Origin: a virus
Taxonomy: Duplodnaviria > Caudoviricetes
Reading direction: 5' to 3' (one strand)
IMG/VR virus record: IMGVR_UViG_3300021347_000002
Coordinates: 1 to 61,446 of that record
Length of the DNA stretch: 61,446 bases
The notes under the pieces are model-generated. The model was not told the origin of the DNA, searched no databases, and saw only the letters and a program-made list of their open reading frames with translations. Below are positions 25,827-34,175 of the stretch, piece after piece; position 1 is the stretch's first letter; each line of letters starts with the position of its first letter. A program made the translations under genes and the position numbers.

Positions 25827-26582
25827 CTAGTGGACACTAGTAAGTGCAGGCTCAACGACGAAGCCTGTCTCATCCTTCTTGGCCAGCCCCTTCTCAGTAA
25901 GGCCCACGACCACACCCTTCCTGTCGAGGAACCGAAGGTCTGTCTCGTCACCACTCACCACATCAAGCCCTAAGTATTTCTCAGGTAGCTGACCACGGAA
26001 CACGACTGCGGTGTTCACTCCCATGTGGGCCAGCTTCTTGATCCAGTCGTCATTGGTAACTTCAGACCGTGAGTAGGTGAGGTGGTAGTTGCTAGGCCAG
26101 CAGCCACCCTTCAATCGTTGGGATGCCTTAGCCCTAGACATTGACTTGGTGTAGTCGTAGAAGGTCACATCAGGGAAGAGATCGAAGATTGTCTGGTCCC
26201 TCTTATCGAAGAGGCTGGTCTTCTCACCTACCACAGTGAGCTTCTCCCATGAGATGTCCGATGTCAGGTTGAGTCGGAAGCATGGCTTGAGTCCGGCTCT
26301 CTTAGCTGACTTGATACTGGACCTGATCTCCTTGATCAGCTGCTCCATGAAGGCTTCACGATCTTCAAAGAACATCTTGGTCTTGTCGATACGTGCTTGC
26401 TGCACGGTCTTCATGATGCCTCGGCCTGCTGTATTGAGGCAGGCTAAGGCACATCCCTTCGATGCATAAGGGCAGGTATTATATCCTGATATCTTGCTAG
26501 GGGCTAGGTGAATACCGTAAGTGCGGTATCCGATTGCTTCTCCCTTGATTGTCTTTGTGTTTCCGGCGTTTAGTAGTTTCAT
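25827..26582 (-). CDS. Gp88-like phage protein
   Basis: CPYASKGCALACLNTAGRG, RLNLTSDI, FYDYTK, YHLTYSRSE, GDETDLRFLD, GLTEKG. Confidence 0.8.
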   Translation of the reverse strand: MKLLNAGNTKTIKGEAIGYRTYGIHLAPSKISGYNTCPYASKGCALACLNTAGRGIMKTVQQARIDKTKMFFEDREAFMEQLIKEIRSSIKSAKRAGLKPCFRLNLTSDISWEKLTVVGEKTSLFDKRDQTIFDLFPDVTFYDYTKSMSRAKASQRLKGGCWPSNYHLTYSRSEVTNDDWIKKLAHMGVNTAVVFRGQLPEKYLGLDVVSGDETDLRFLDRKGVVVGLTEKGLAKKDETGFVVEPALTSVH

Positions 26583-26589
26583 TTTTCTT

Positions 26590-26618
26590 ATTGGTTATTG
26601 GTTATTGGTTATTGGTTT
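26590..26618. repeat. TTGGTTA heptamer tandem repeat in gene leader
   Basis: About 4 copies here and about 3 at 26954-26973; reads (AACCAAT)n on the coding strand. Confidence 0.85.
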
Positions 26619-26630
26619 TACTAGTGTCCA

Positions 26631-26945
26631 CTAGTATAGTTCTTCGACTGTCTTCTCCCACTCTTCGAGAGATCGATCAGTCCACTTCGTCCAACGTGGT
26701 CGGATGCCGTGTTCTTCTTTGTATAGATCCCAGTATTCCTCCCATAAGAGAGTCCGTTTGAAATCACTTACAGTCTCACAACCATAGTGTTTGCAGTGGT
26801 CGATGAGATCATCTGAATAAGTTAGGAAGGTCGGTTTAATACATGAGCCTTCATTCAACTTGATGAGTTCTCCCATATAAAGACGCATCTCCTTACTCTC
26901 GGCAAGCATGACAGATGGGTGTTCGGTTTCATTATTTGTTTGCAT
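26631..26945 (-). CDS. Hypothetical protein
   Basis: 104 aa, YWDLYKEEHGIRPRW motif; its stop lies inside an ACTAGT palindrome. Confidence 0.7.
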   Translation of the reverse strand: MQTNNETEHPSVMLAESKEMRLYMGELIKLNEGSCIKPTFLTYSDDLIDHCKHYGCETVSDFKRTLLWEEYWDLYKEEHGIRPRWTKWTDRSLEEWEKTVEELY

Positions 26946-26985
26946 TATTCTATTTGGTTATTGGTTATTGGTTTACTAGTGTCCA

Positions 26986-27297
26986 CTAGTTGTCTCGGTT
27001 GAGGGGGTCGAGGTTGAATTGCTCTGCGACTTCTGGGGATAATTCAAAACAGATATACTCATGCTCTGCATTACCATATCGGACTCCCACCGTAAGCCAT
27101 CTACACTCTTCGTTTGAGTAAAAACGATAGGCATCTAGCTTATCTGTGGTTTGGCATAAGTATTTAGCCGTGTCTGTTACCGTCCTCTCGTAGTGCGGGT
27201 TATCTTTATTGTATTGAGCGGTCTTGGCCCGCATCACTTCCCACAAATCAAGAGGGACTGCTCCAGAGTAAGGCTGGTTCCAATGGTTACTTGTCAT
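26986..27297 (-). CDS. Hypothetical protein, paralog of the C-terminal domain of 27287-27988
   Basis: Shares AVPLDLWE, DKLDAYR, VG(V/I)RYG and FNLDPLNRDN; start reassigned to ATG 27297. Confidence 0.75.
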   Translation of the reverse strand: MTSNHWNQPYSGAVPLDLWEVMRAKTAQYNKDNPHYERTVTDTAKYLCQTTDKLDAYRFYSNEECRWLTVGVRYGNAEHEYICFELSPEVAEQFNLDPLNRDN

Positions 27298-27988
27298 TGT
27301 CTCGGTTGAGGGGGTCGAGGTTAAACAAAGCAGCCGTTTCATTTGTAACGAATGGTGAGTCGTAATCATCAACACCCATACCGTATCGGATACCTACGAT
27401 CAGCTTGAAGCTACTACCCGCAGTCAATATTCCATCACCTCTGGTGGGGTATATACGATAGGCGTCTAGCTTGTCAGATTTTCTGGCGTATAAGGATACC
27501 CTCTCCATGAGTCGGTCATGAGTTACTTCACCGTATATTTCATACGTTATGGCACGGAACAGTTCCCACAAATCAAGTGGCACCGCTTCGGTATATTCGT
27601 TATACCAATGACGACCTTCCTCTCGTTTCTCATGGCACTCTAGTTCGATACGGCGTTCCTCCTCTTGCTCACGCTCCCACCGTTCTGCGTCAGCAGCATT
27701 CTCCAGTAGGCGTTCTGCTTTTTCGGTGACCTTTTCTTTGTCCATAAGATGACCGCCAATACGACCAGTATCGAATCCGATGACCCACCTATTATTCTCC
27801 TCTTCGGAGTAGGTCAGACCACCTTCACTAAACCCCCATTCATTCAGTTCGTCGTAGTGCTTCCCATACCAACAATGGCCTAAAGGAATGGATATGTATC
27901 CGTTGTAATCTCCGCAGCAATCACGTTGGATGGGGTGTGGGCGGAGGAAGAGGAATGGTGGTATTGTTTTATCGTTCTTTGTTTGCAT
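27287..27988 (-). CDS. Two-domain hypothetical protein
   Basis: N-domain NGYISIP..H.WYG...GGLTYS...WVIGFDT; C-domain duplicated in the downstream gene. Confidence 0.75.
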   Translation of the reverse strand: MQTKNDKTIPPFLFLRPHPIQRDCCGDYNGYISIPLGHCWYGKHYDELNEWGFSEGGLTYSEEENNRWVIGFDTGRIGGHLMDKEKVTEKAERLLENAADAERWEREQEEERRIELECHEKREEGRHWYNEYTEAVPLDLWELFRAITYEIYGEVTHDRLMERVSLYARKSDKLDAYRIYPTRGDGILTAGSSFKLIVGIRYGMGVDDYDSPFVTNETAALFNLDPLNRDNDK

Positions 27989-27992
27989 TGTT

Positions 27993-28214
27993 CTATTTGG
28001 TTTTTGTTTTTGTTTTTGTTTTACTAGTGGTCACTAGTAGTTCAGATATTGTTTCGTCAGCTTCTACCTTGCTTACACAGTGGTAGTATTTTGTCTTTAA
28101 ATAAAAGCCACGGCCACATGGCGTTGGCTTGCTTATGCGGTTATGCTCTACAATGTAGGCTCCCCACTTGTCCCGCCTCGTAAAGCAGAACCCGTTTGGG
28201 TGTGTGTATTTCAT
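27993..28214 (-). CDS. Hypothetical protein
   Basis: 73 aa; C-terminus reads through an ACTAGT palindrome and the next leader (LVTTSKTKTKTKTK). Confidence 0.6.
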   Translation of the reverse strand: MKYTHPNGFCFTRRDKWGAYIVEHNRISKPTPCGRGFYLKTKYYHCVSKVEADETISELLVTTSKTKTKTKTK

Positions 28215-28573
28215 ATGTTTCTTATTGTGATTCCTCTACATGTCGAGGGTATCTCGGTTGGTTCTATCGACTCAGGATCTGACATGACGTAGCCGAACTT
28301 CACACCGTTCCACTCATAACCTTTCAGGTCACATGGAACATGGTGCAACGGTTCGTCATACCGGAATCGGGGTTCGTCAGTGTATCGAATGGCGTTGGAG
28401 ATGGTGACGTAGCCAACAAGCTTTGCCTTACCTTTGCCAGTCTGGATGACTCCAACCCTCTTGCCTACAAGCGAGGCAAGGGAGTTGGTGTTTCTTGTTT
28501 CAATTACCTTCTCTCCTGCGAGAATGAGGTCGGTCCAGTTCTTCTGGCTATCGTTGCAATTGAACGCTTTCAT
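28211..28573 (-). CDS. ASCH-domain protein
   Basis: LILAGEKVIETR (GxKxxExR motif), LVGYVTI. Confidence 0.8.
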   Translation of the reverse strand: MKAFNCNDSQKNWTDLILAGEKVIETRNTNSLASLVGKRVGVIQTGKGKAKLVGYVTISNAIRYTDEPRFRYDEPLHHVPCDLKGYEWNGVKFGYVMSDPESIEPTEIPSTCRGITIRNI

Positions 28574-28593
28574 GTTTTACTAGTGGTCACTAG

Positions 28594-28752
28594 TTATTTT
28601 CTACTTCTACGTTTCTTTACTTCATTGACTGCTTCCATCACAAGGATGTAAAGGAAGACAGGCATTGCTAATACGCTAGCGATTACTAGCAGGACTTCCG
28701 GCCCCTTCATTCCTTGAAGGGACTCGCCAATTACTTTTGCTATTTCGTTCAT
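28594..28752 (-). CDS. Small membrane protein (52 aa)
   Basis: Translated by hand: MNEIAKVIGESLQGMKGPEVLLVIASVLAMPVFLYILVMEAVNEVKKRRSRK; flanked by two ACTAGT palindromes. Confidence 0.65.
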   Translation of the reverse strand: MNEIAKVIGESLQGMKGPEVLLVIASVLAMPVFLYILVMEAVNEVKKRRSRK

Positions 28753-28777
28753 AGTCTGTTTGGTTTACTAGTGGACA

Positions 28778-29320
28778 CTAGTCGATTGTGATAAGGGATT
28801 GGATATCGTCCAATGAAGATTGGACCTTAGCAGCTGCATCCGTATCAGGTTCCATGTCTTCCAGCTTCGCTTTTACGCGGCGAAGGGTTTTCAGGATGTT
28901 AGCCAGTTCATCTTCTGCCTTCTTTTCTTTCGGTTCGACATACTCGCCCCAAAGCTCAGGATCTTTCTTGAACCTTCCCCAACATCCACCAGCGCGGCTG
29001 TTGAGTTTCTTGGCGGAAATCTTCTCACCCTTCCAATCAAGGTAGAGCTTGTAAGCTCCTAGCATATCAGCATTGAAGTCAGGCCATTCCCATCCCGCTA
29101 GATAGCACATATTGGCTATCTCGGTGAAGTAAGGGCAGGCATTCGTGCTTCGCTTACTAGTGGCCACTAGTGCTTCAAAGATTGCTAAGCTGGCAGCATT
29201 GTCTTCCCCTTCAGCTGCGAGGGTTTCCCATCGGTTGAATAGGGTAAGGGATGCTTGGTCTATGCTATCAAACATTAGGTCGATAGCGGCTACGAGGTCA
29301 TTTGCAGTTGTCTTTTTCAT
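28778..29320 (-). CDS. Hypothetical protein, first gene of the leftward early block
   Basis: ATG at 29320 follows an AAACCAAATAAGCAA leader; stop lies in an ACTAGT palindrome. Confidence 0.7.
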   Translation of the reverse strand: MKKTTANDLVAAIDLMFDSIDQASLTLFNRWETLAAEGEDNAASLAIFEALVATSKRSTNACPYFTEIANMCYLAGWEWPDFNADMLGAYKLYLDWKGEKISAKKLNSRAGGCWGRFKKDPELWGEYVEPKEKKAEDELANILKTLRRVKAKLEDMEPDTDAAAKVQSSLDDIQSLITID

Positions 29321-29608
29321 TTGCTTATTTGGTTTATTGTTTAAGGCATTGTTGCCCTTCAACCTTACAGGGAGGCAATCATCTTTTTCCTTGTACCTAC
29401 AAGGGTTCCTGATCCAGACAGCCCCCCTTTGCCCAAGCCTTCAATCCGAAGGGTGAATCCTGAATCCCTGAACCATTATTCTTGATTAGTGGCTCGTGGC
29501 TCGGGATTCGTTATTAATAGTTCGCGCGCGGACTAGATAGACGCCACCGGTAGGGTCGGCTTTTTTTTCTCGCGGCGCGCCGTATACATATACGTATTTA
29601 GAAAAAAA

Positions 29609-29636
29609 TTGACGGTGGGGCTACGTTTAGTAGGGT
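29609..29636 (+). promoter_or_regulatory. Possible sigma70-type promoter, leaderless
   Basis: A-tract, then TTGACG-16 bp-TAGGGT; in-frame ATG at 29643. Confidence 0.45.
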
Positions 29637-29900
29637 ATGAGCATGCCGGAATACGACCCGAAGAAGAAAAAAGAGTATTACCAGAAACATCGAAAAGAGC
29701 GTCTAAGATACCAAAACGACTATTATGAGCGGACGAAAAGTCGGAGGGAGCGAACTTTTGAGATTATGGAAGAGCTGGAGCCTAGTCAGTTTAATACGTA
29801 TAAACAGCAGTTAAGTGACTACAACAGAGAGTATTACAAGAAAAACAGGGCCAAGATATTGCGAAAGCGTGCGGAGGCGAGAGCGAAAAAGTCGAAATAA
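29637..29900 (+). CDS. Small basic Lys/Arg/Tyr-rich protein
   Basis: KEYYQKHRKE/REYYKKNRAK repeats; start at 29637 or 29643. Confidence 0.65.
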   Translation: MSMPEYDPKKKKEYYQKHRKERLRYQNDYYERTKSRRERTFEIMEELEPSQFNTYKQQLSDYNREYYKKNRAKILRKRAEARAKKSK

Positions 29901-29974
29901 AAACTTTTCTTCCAGACCTTTAGTTCTATAGTATATATATTATAGAACTAAGGGTAAGACAGAAAAGTTTTTTT
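29898..29974 (+). repeat. ~77-bp palindromic element, copy 3
   Basis: TAAAAACTTTTCTTCCAGACCTTTAGTTCTATAGTATATATATTATAGAACTAAGGGTAAGACAGAAAAGTTTTTTT; begins at the TAA of ORF 29637-29900. Confidence 0.95.
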
Positions 29975-30006
29975 CTGGCCTTTGGAGTTAGTAACAAGTT
30001 AAACAC

Positions 30007-30438
30007 ATGAAGATACCGAAAGGGTGGAAGCAAATAGAAGGAGCGTCTAATTACGCGCTATCGCCAGAAGGATATATACATAGTCTGAAGTCAGGTAAAC
30101 CGATGTCACGGAGGTGGCGGGGTCTCCGTTTCTGGTCTTCAGTTACGTGTGACGACGGTAAGTATCGTCAGATCGCACACGACGAGTTGCGGTATCAATC
30201 GCACGATTTACCGGATGAAGAGATGAAGATTGTGAAAGGCTACCCTGACTACAAGGTGACGCCATATGGTGCAGTCTGGAAATACCGCAAGACGCCTCGG
30301 AAGTATCGCAATAACCCGTTCTTAGTAGAGACTAAAGACATCGGTAACAAGGAGTATGTTAGGATGGTTACTGAGGACGGTAGACGTCATTGGGTCCGTA
30401 TGGAGAAGATCATGGAGGAGGCTTACCCAAATGATTGA
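30007..30438 (+). CDS. Tandem NUMOD4-like domain protein
   Basis: WKQIEGASNYALSPEGYIHS and MKIVKGYPDYKVTPYGAVWK; no HNH motif seen. Confidence 0.65.
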   Translation: MKIPKGWKQIEGASNYALSPEGYIHSLKSGKPMSRRWRGLRFWSSVTCDDGKYRQIAHDELRYQSHDLPDEEMKIVKGYPDYKVTPYGAVWKYRKTPRKYRNNPFLVETKDIGNKEYVRMVTEDGRRHWVRMEKIMEEAYPND

Positions 30439-30462
30439 CATTGACCGTCAATTCAATATACT
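30435..30462 (+). promoter_or_regulatory. Sigma70-type promoter for the portal operon
   Basis: TTGACA-16 bp-TATACT; ATG at 30471. Confidence 0.65.
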
Positions 30463-30470
30463 CGCCAAGT

Positions 30471-32693
30471 ATGTCAAACTTAATTGACTTAGACGGCCTC
30501 GACTTAGGGAGCCTTGATGAAAAGGGTAAGCCTGTTGAAACACGTCTCAAGGATGTAAAAGCAGCTATAGGCATCTTTGCAACCTTGCTCCGCGCTGATG
30601 AGAAGTCTGCTGTTAACCGTTCTCGGATTGACAGTATGTTTGACGGCAATGCCCCATACAGCCAATCACAGTTAGCGGCTAGTGGTCAAGGTCTCAAGAC
30701 CAACTTGAACTTCGGCGAAGCGCAGCGTCTGCTAGACATCTCTCTTTCGGCCTACGTTGACCTCTACAGCTCTTTAGAGAAGCTAGTGGAGGTAAAGGCT
30801 ACAACGGGCGAGAGAAGCGAGACAAAGCCAAAGGAGGACATCGTAGCGGAAGAGCTGACAAACTTGTTCCGCCGCTGGCCAGAGTTCCACAGTAGCTACC
30901 TTCGTCTTTGCACGCAGTTCATCAAGCACGGTGTAGGTATTGCCTACTTTGACTCACCAGAAGACTGGAAGTTCCGTGTCGGTGGTTTCGCTGACATACT
31001 CATTCCGCGACAGTCAGCCGCTTCGGAGAACGGTATCGACATCGCGGTTGGTCGTCGCCAGTATCAGTTACACGAGCTATACCACTTCATTAAGAACGAG
31101 AAAGCCGCTAAAGCGGTCGGCTGGAACGTAGCAGAGGTCAAGCGAGTCATGATGGAGAACGTCAAGACTTCGGGCCGCGCTTACACGTCTGGCAATACAT
31201 ATTCTGACTACGAGGCATTGCAGGCAGAGATCAAGAACAACGATCTCTACACCGGCATCCAGAACCCAACCGTTGACGTATTGCATTACTGGGTGCGTGA
31301 GATCGACGGTAGCGTAAGTCACTACATCTCCGCTGAGTCTAGTCCTAAAGATTTCCTATACAAGAAGGTCAGTCGCTACGACTCTCCTGAACAAGCCTAT
31401 ATCTTCTTCACCTATGGAGTCGGGAGTAACGGCACTTATCATTCGATTAGAGGACTCGGCCAGCGGATCTTTGCTCACGTCCAGACAAGTAACAGGCTTC
31501 GTTGCCAGCAGATTGACGGCGCGATGTTGGCGTCGGCTGTTATGATTCAGCCAGAGAACCAACGCTCTCTAGACGAACTCAGCTTCACATTCTACGGCGC
31601 GTATGCTGTGATGTCGCCTAACGTGCGTATTGTTGAGAAGGCTATTCCGAACTTAGGCACAGCAGTCCAACCAGCCTTGCAGGATCTCACGCAGCAGTTG
31701 AATCTTAACACCGACACAATGTCGCCGTATGGACCGAACCAGACTTCGCCATACAAGAATAAGATGCAGGTTGTAGCGGACATGGATGTGGCTACACGGA
31801 TTAGTGGTAGCACGCTAAACTTATTCTACTCAAGTTGGACTCGCCTAATGCGCGAGATGGTCCGCCGTATTGTTCAGGTCAAGCGGCCTGATGCGGCGAT
31901 TAAAGATTTCTTCGACCGTTGTGAAAAGCGGGGCGTAGAAAAAGAATTCATTAAGAAATTAGATGTCGCACAGACCAAAGCAGTTCGTTCCATTGGTAAT
32001 GGATCGCACGCAAACAGACTCGTCTCGCTTCGCGAGCTTCAAGGAATTAGTGGGCAATTCGACGACGTTGGTCGCCGCAACCTTACTCGTGACATCGTTA
32101 GCACTCGTGTCGGTCACGACCTCGCGGATCGCTATGTTCCGGCGCAAGAAGACGACAGGAAAACGGTAGATACCAAGATTGCTTATCTTGAGAACCAGCA
32201 GTTGCAACAAGGCCAGCCAGTTCCGGTTGTCTCTAGCGAGATGCATGGCCAGCACTTGCAGTTACACGTTCCGTTGTTGCAGCAGTTCATGCAATCGATC
32301 AACGAAGGACAGGCTGACCCGCAGCAGGTTCTTCCGGCATTGCAGGCACTTTACCAGCACATTAGCGAGACCGCCCAATACGCTGCTGGAGATCCGGCAT
32401 TGCAGGCCGTAGTGTCGAACGCGAAGCAGATTCTCCAGTATGCTGAAGAAGCGATCAACAACACCATGAAGGCGTTGGAGAAGATCCAGAGGGAGCAACA
32501 GCAAATTTCTGAAGAAGGGGGTGGACAACCTCAAGCGTCTGAGGTAGACATGAAGCTACAGAAGGCGCAAGTCGATATGCAGATCACGCAGCAGAAGGCT
32601 GAACTTGAGATGGCTATTAAGCAGAAGAAGTTCGACCAAGAGCAAGCGATCCGCGATGCCGAAGCCGCCTTGAGGTTTCGTGAACAAGAATAA
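30471..32693 (+). CDS. Portal (head-tail connector) protein
   Basis: About 740 aa, helical, with a Gln-rich C-terminal coiled coil; precedes the scaffold and capsid genes. Confidence 0.7.
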   Translation: MSNLIDLDGLDLGSLDEKGKPVETRLKDVKAAIGIFATLLRADEKSAVNRSRIDSMFDGNAPYSQSQLAASGQGLKTNLNFGEAQRLLDISLSAYVDLYSSLEKLVEVKATTGERSETKPKEDIVAEELTNLFRRWPEFHSSYLRLCTQFIKHGVGIAYFDSPEDWKFRVGGFADILIPRQSAASENGIDIAVGRRQYQLHELYHFIKNEKAAKAVGWNVAEVKRVMMENVKTSGRAYTSGNTYSDYEALQAEIKNNDLYTGIQNPTVDVLHYWVREIDGSVSHYISAESSPKDFLYKKVSRYDSPEQAYIFFTYGVGSNGTYHSIRGLGQRIFAHVQTSNRLRCQQIDGAMLASAVMIQPENQRSLDELSFTFYGAYAVMSPNVRIVEKAIPNLGTAVQPALQDLTQQLNLNTDTMSPYGPNQTSPYKNKMQVVADMDVATRISGSTLNLFYSSWTRLMREMVRRIVQVKRPDAAIKDFFDRCEKRGVEKEFIKKLDVAQTKAVRSIGNGSHANRLVSLRELQGISGQFDDVGRRNLTRDIVSTRVGHDLADRYVPAQEDDRKTVDTKIAYLENQQLQQGQPVPVVSSEMHGQHLQLHVPLLQQFMQSINEGQADPQQVLPALQALYQHISETAQYAAGDPALQAVVSNAKQILQYAEEAINNTMKALEKIQREQQQISEEGGGQPQASEVDMKLQKAQVDMQITQQKAELEMAIKQKKFDQEQAIRDAEAALRFREQE

Positions 32694-32989
32694 TGCCAGC
32701 TAAAAAGAAAGCCACAGTTCCAATTAAGTTGGAATACTGGTTCAAAGATTTAAAGTCGGTTACAAGGCTACGGGAGCTACTGGACGACCCTGCCCTACAA
32801 CAAGCAATCGCAATTTTGAAAGAGGCATCTGGCCCAACGGTTACGTCGTTGGACGCAGACCCGCAAGCGAACAGCCACAAACTGGCTTGGTATGCTGGAT
32901 ACAGAGACGCCTTTAATGATCTGGAGAAGCTGACTCATCGGCCCTCCACCACAAAAACTAACCAACCAGACGAATGGACGCACCTGTAG
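32693..32989 (+). CDS. Hypothetical protein between portal and scaffold
   Basis: 98 aa; typical small-gene position. Confidence 0.65.
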   Translation: MPAKKKATVPIKLEYWFKDLKSVTRLRELLDDPALQQAIAILKEASGPTVTSLDADPQANSHKLAWYAGYRDAFNDLEKLTHRPSTTKTNQPDEWTHL

Positions 32990-34170
32990 AAGCAGCCGTA
33001 GAGGCCACTGAAGCCGTAGAAGCACCAACTAATGTAGATGCTTTACCCGATGCCGCTGAACCGACTTCATTTGAAGCATCGTTAGAAGCAGCGTTTGCTA
33101 ACCTTGACCAAGCACCCGCAGAGCCTGAACCGGAACCGGAGCCAGCCGCAGAGCCTGATCCAGAACCCGAACCAGTGGTAGAGGAACCAGTTGCTGAGGA
33201 ACAGGATACAGGAAACGAGGTTCAGGAATCAGATGACCCAATCGAAAATTTAACGGAAGACATCGGCGACGAGTGGACCCCTAAAGCGGCTAATCGTTTT
33301 AAGGAACTCAAGACTGAGTTAAAGACAAATCGATCTGAGTTGGAGCAGTTGCGTCAGCAATCGAAGGAATACGAATCGAAGATTCAGGAGTTGACGGGAC
33401 TTGCTGAGAGTAAGGACGTTGAGCAGCTACAAGAAAGGCTTGCTGAATATGAACAACAGCAAGCTCTGACTAATCTGGAGCAGACCCCTGCTTATAAGCA
33501 GATAGTGTCGGAGCCGTTGGAAGCTCTTGTTGAGCAGGCTGACCAGATCGCTGACAAGTATGAAGTCGATTCAGATTCATTGATTGACATATTAGCGTTA
33601 GACGATCCTGAAGAACAGGAAGAACAACTTGGTGAGTTGTTGCCAAATGCTAGTGACCGTGATAAGGCTAAGATTTATCGGATCATGGAAGACATTGACC
33701 CGATTCTTAAGAGGCGTGAGAAGCTTTATGAGAATGCTGATGCTGCATTAGCGGAAGCTAAGAACCTTGAAGAGCAGCAGAAAGCAGCCACAGCAGCGGA
33801 ACAAGCCCAACTTAGGCAGAATATCACAAGAAATGTCGTCGAAAGAGTCCAGCAAAAGTTGCCCTTCCTCAAAGGAATCGAAGGTCTTGACATGTCAGCT
33901 ATCCAGCAGAAGGCATCAGAGACTGATCCTTCTGTCCTCCATCCTGTTGACCACGCCTACAATGCGGTCTCAGCCCAAGTGTTCCCGACGGTTGTTCGGC
34001 AGTATCTTGAGATGAGGAAAGAAGTCGAGTCATTGACTGATCGTCTTGCTGAGTATGAGGATGCGGAGCCAGCGATGTCTGGTCAGACGAAAGCCCCTGC
34101 CGCTAGTTCTGGAGTTCCTGAAAATGGGAGCTTTGAAGAGCGAGTGAACGCTGCTTTGGGTGCTGTGTGA
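32974..34170 (+). CDS. Capsid scaffolding protein (putative)
   Basis: Highly acidic, PEPE-rich N-terminus, long coiled coil; directly upstream of the capsid gene. Confidence 0.7.
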   Translation: MDAPVEAAVEATEAVEAPTNVDALPDAAEPTSFEASLEAAFANLDQAPAEPEPEPEPAAEPDPEPEPVVEEPVAEEQDTGNEVQESDDPIENLTEDIGDEWTPKAANRFKELKTELKTNRSELEQLRQQSKEYESKIQELTGLAESKDVEQLQERLAEYEQQQALTNLEQTPAYKQIVSEPLEALVEQADQIADKYEVDSDSLIDILALDDPEEQEEQLGELLPNASDRDKAKIYRIMEDIDPILKRREKLYENADAALAEAKNLEEQQKAATAAEQAQLRQNITRNVVERVQQKLPFLKGIEGLDMSAIQQKASETDPSVLHPVDHAYNAVSAQVFPTVVRQYLEMRKEVESLTDRLAEYEDAEPAMSGQTKAPAASSGVPENGSFEERVNAALGAV

Positions 34171-34175
34171 CCCCG

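Larger units (their letters stand above)
25826..29171. repeat. Seven dispersed 16-bp palindromes ACTAGT-N4-ACTAGT
   Basis: Copies at 25826, 26620, 26975, 28023, 28579, 28767 and 29156; consensus ACTAGTGNNCACTAGT. Confidence 0.93.

Noticed and set aside
25826-29171. CRISPR array made of the ACTAGT palindromes
   Set aside because: Repeats are only 16 bp with irregular spacing of about 190-1050 bp occupied by genes; no cas operon.
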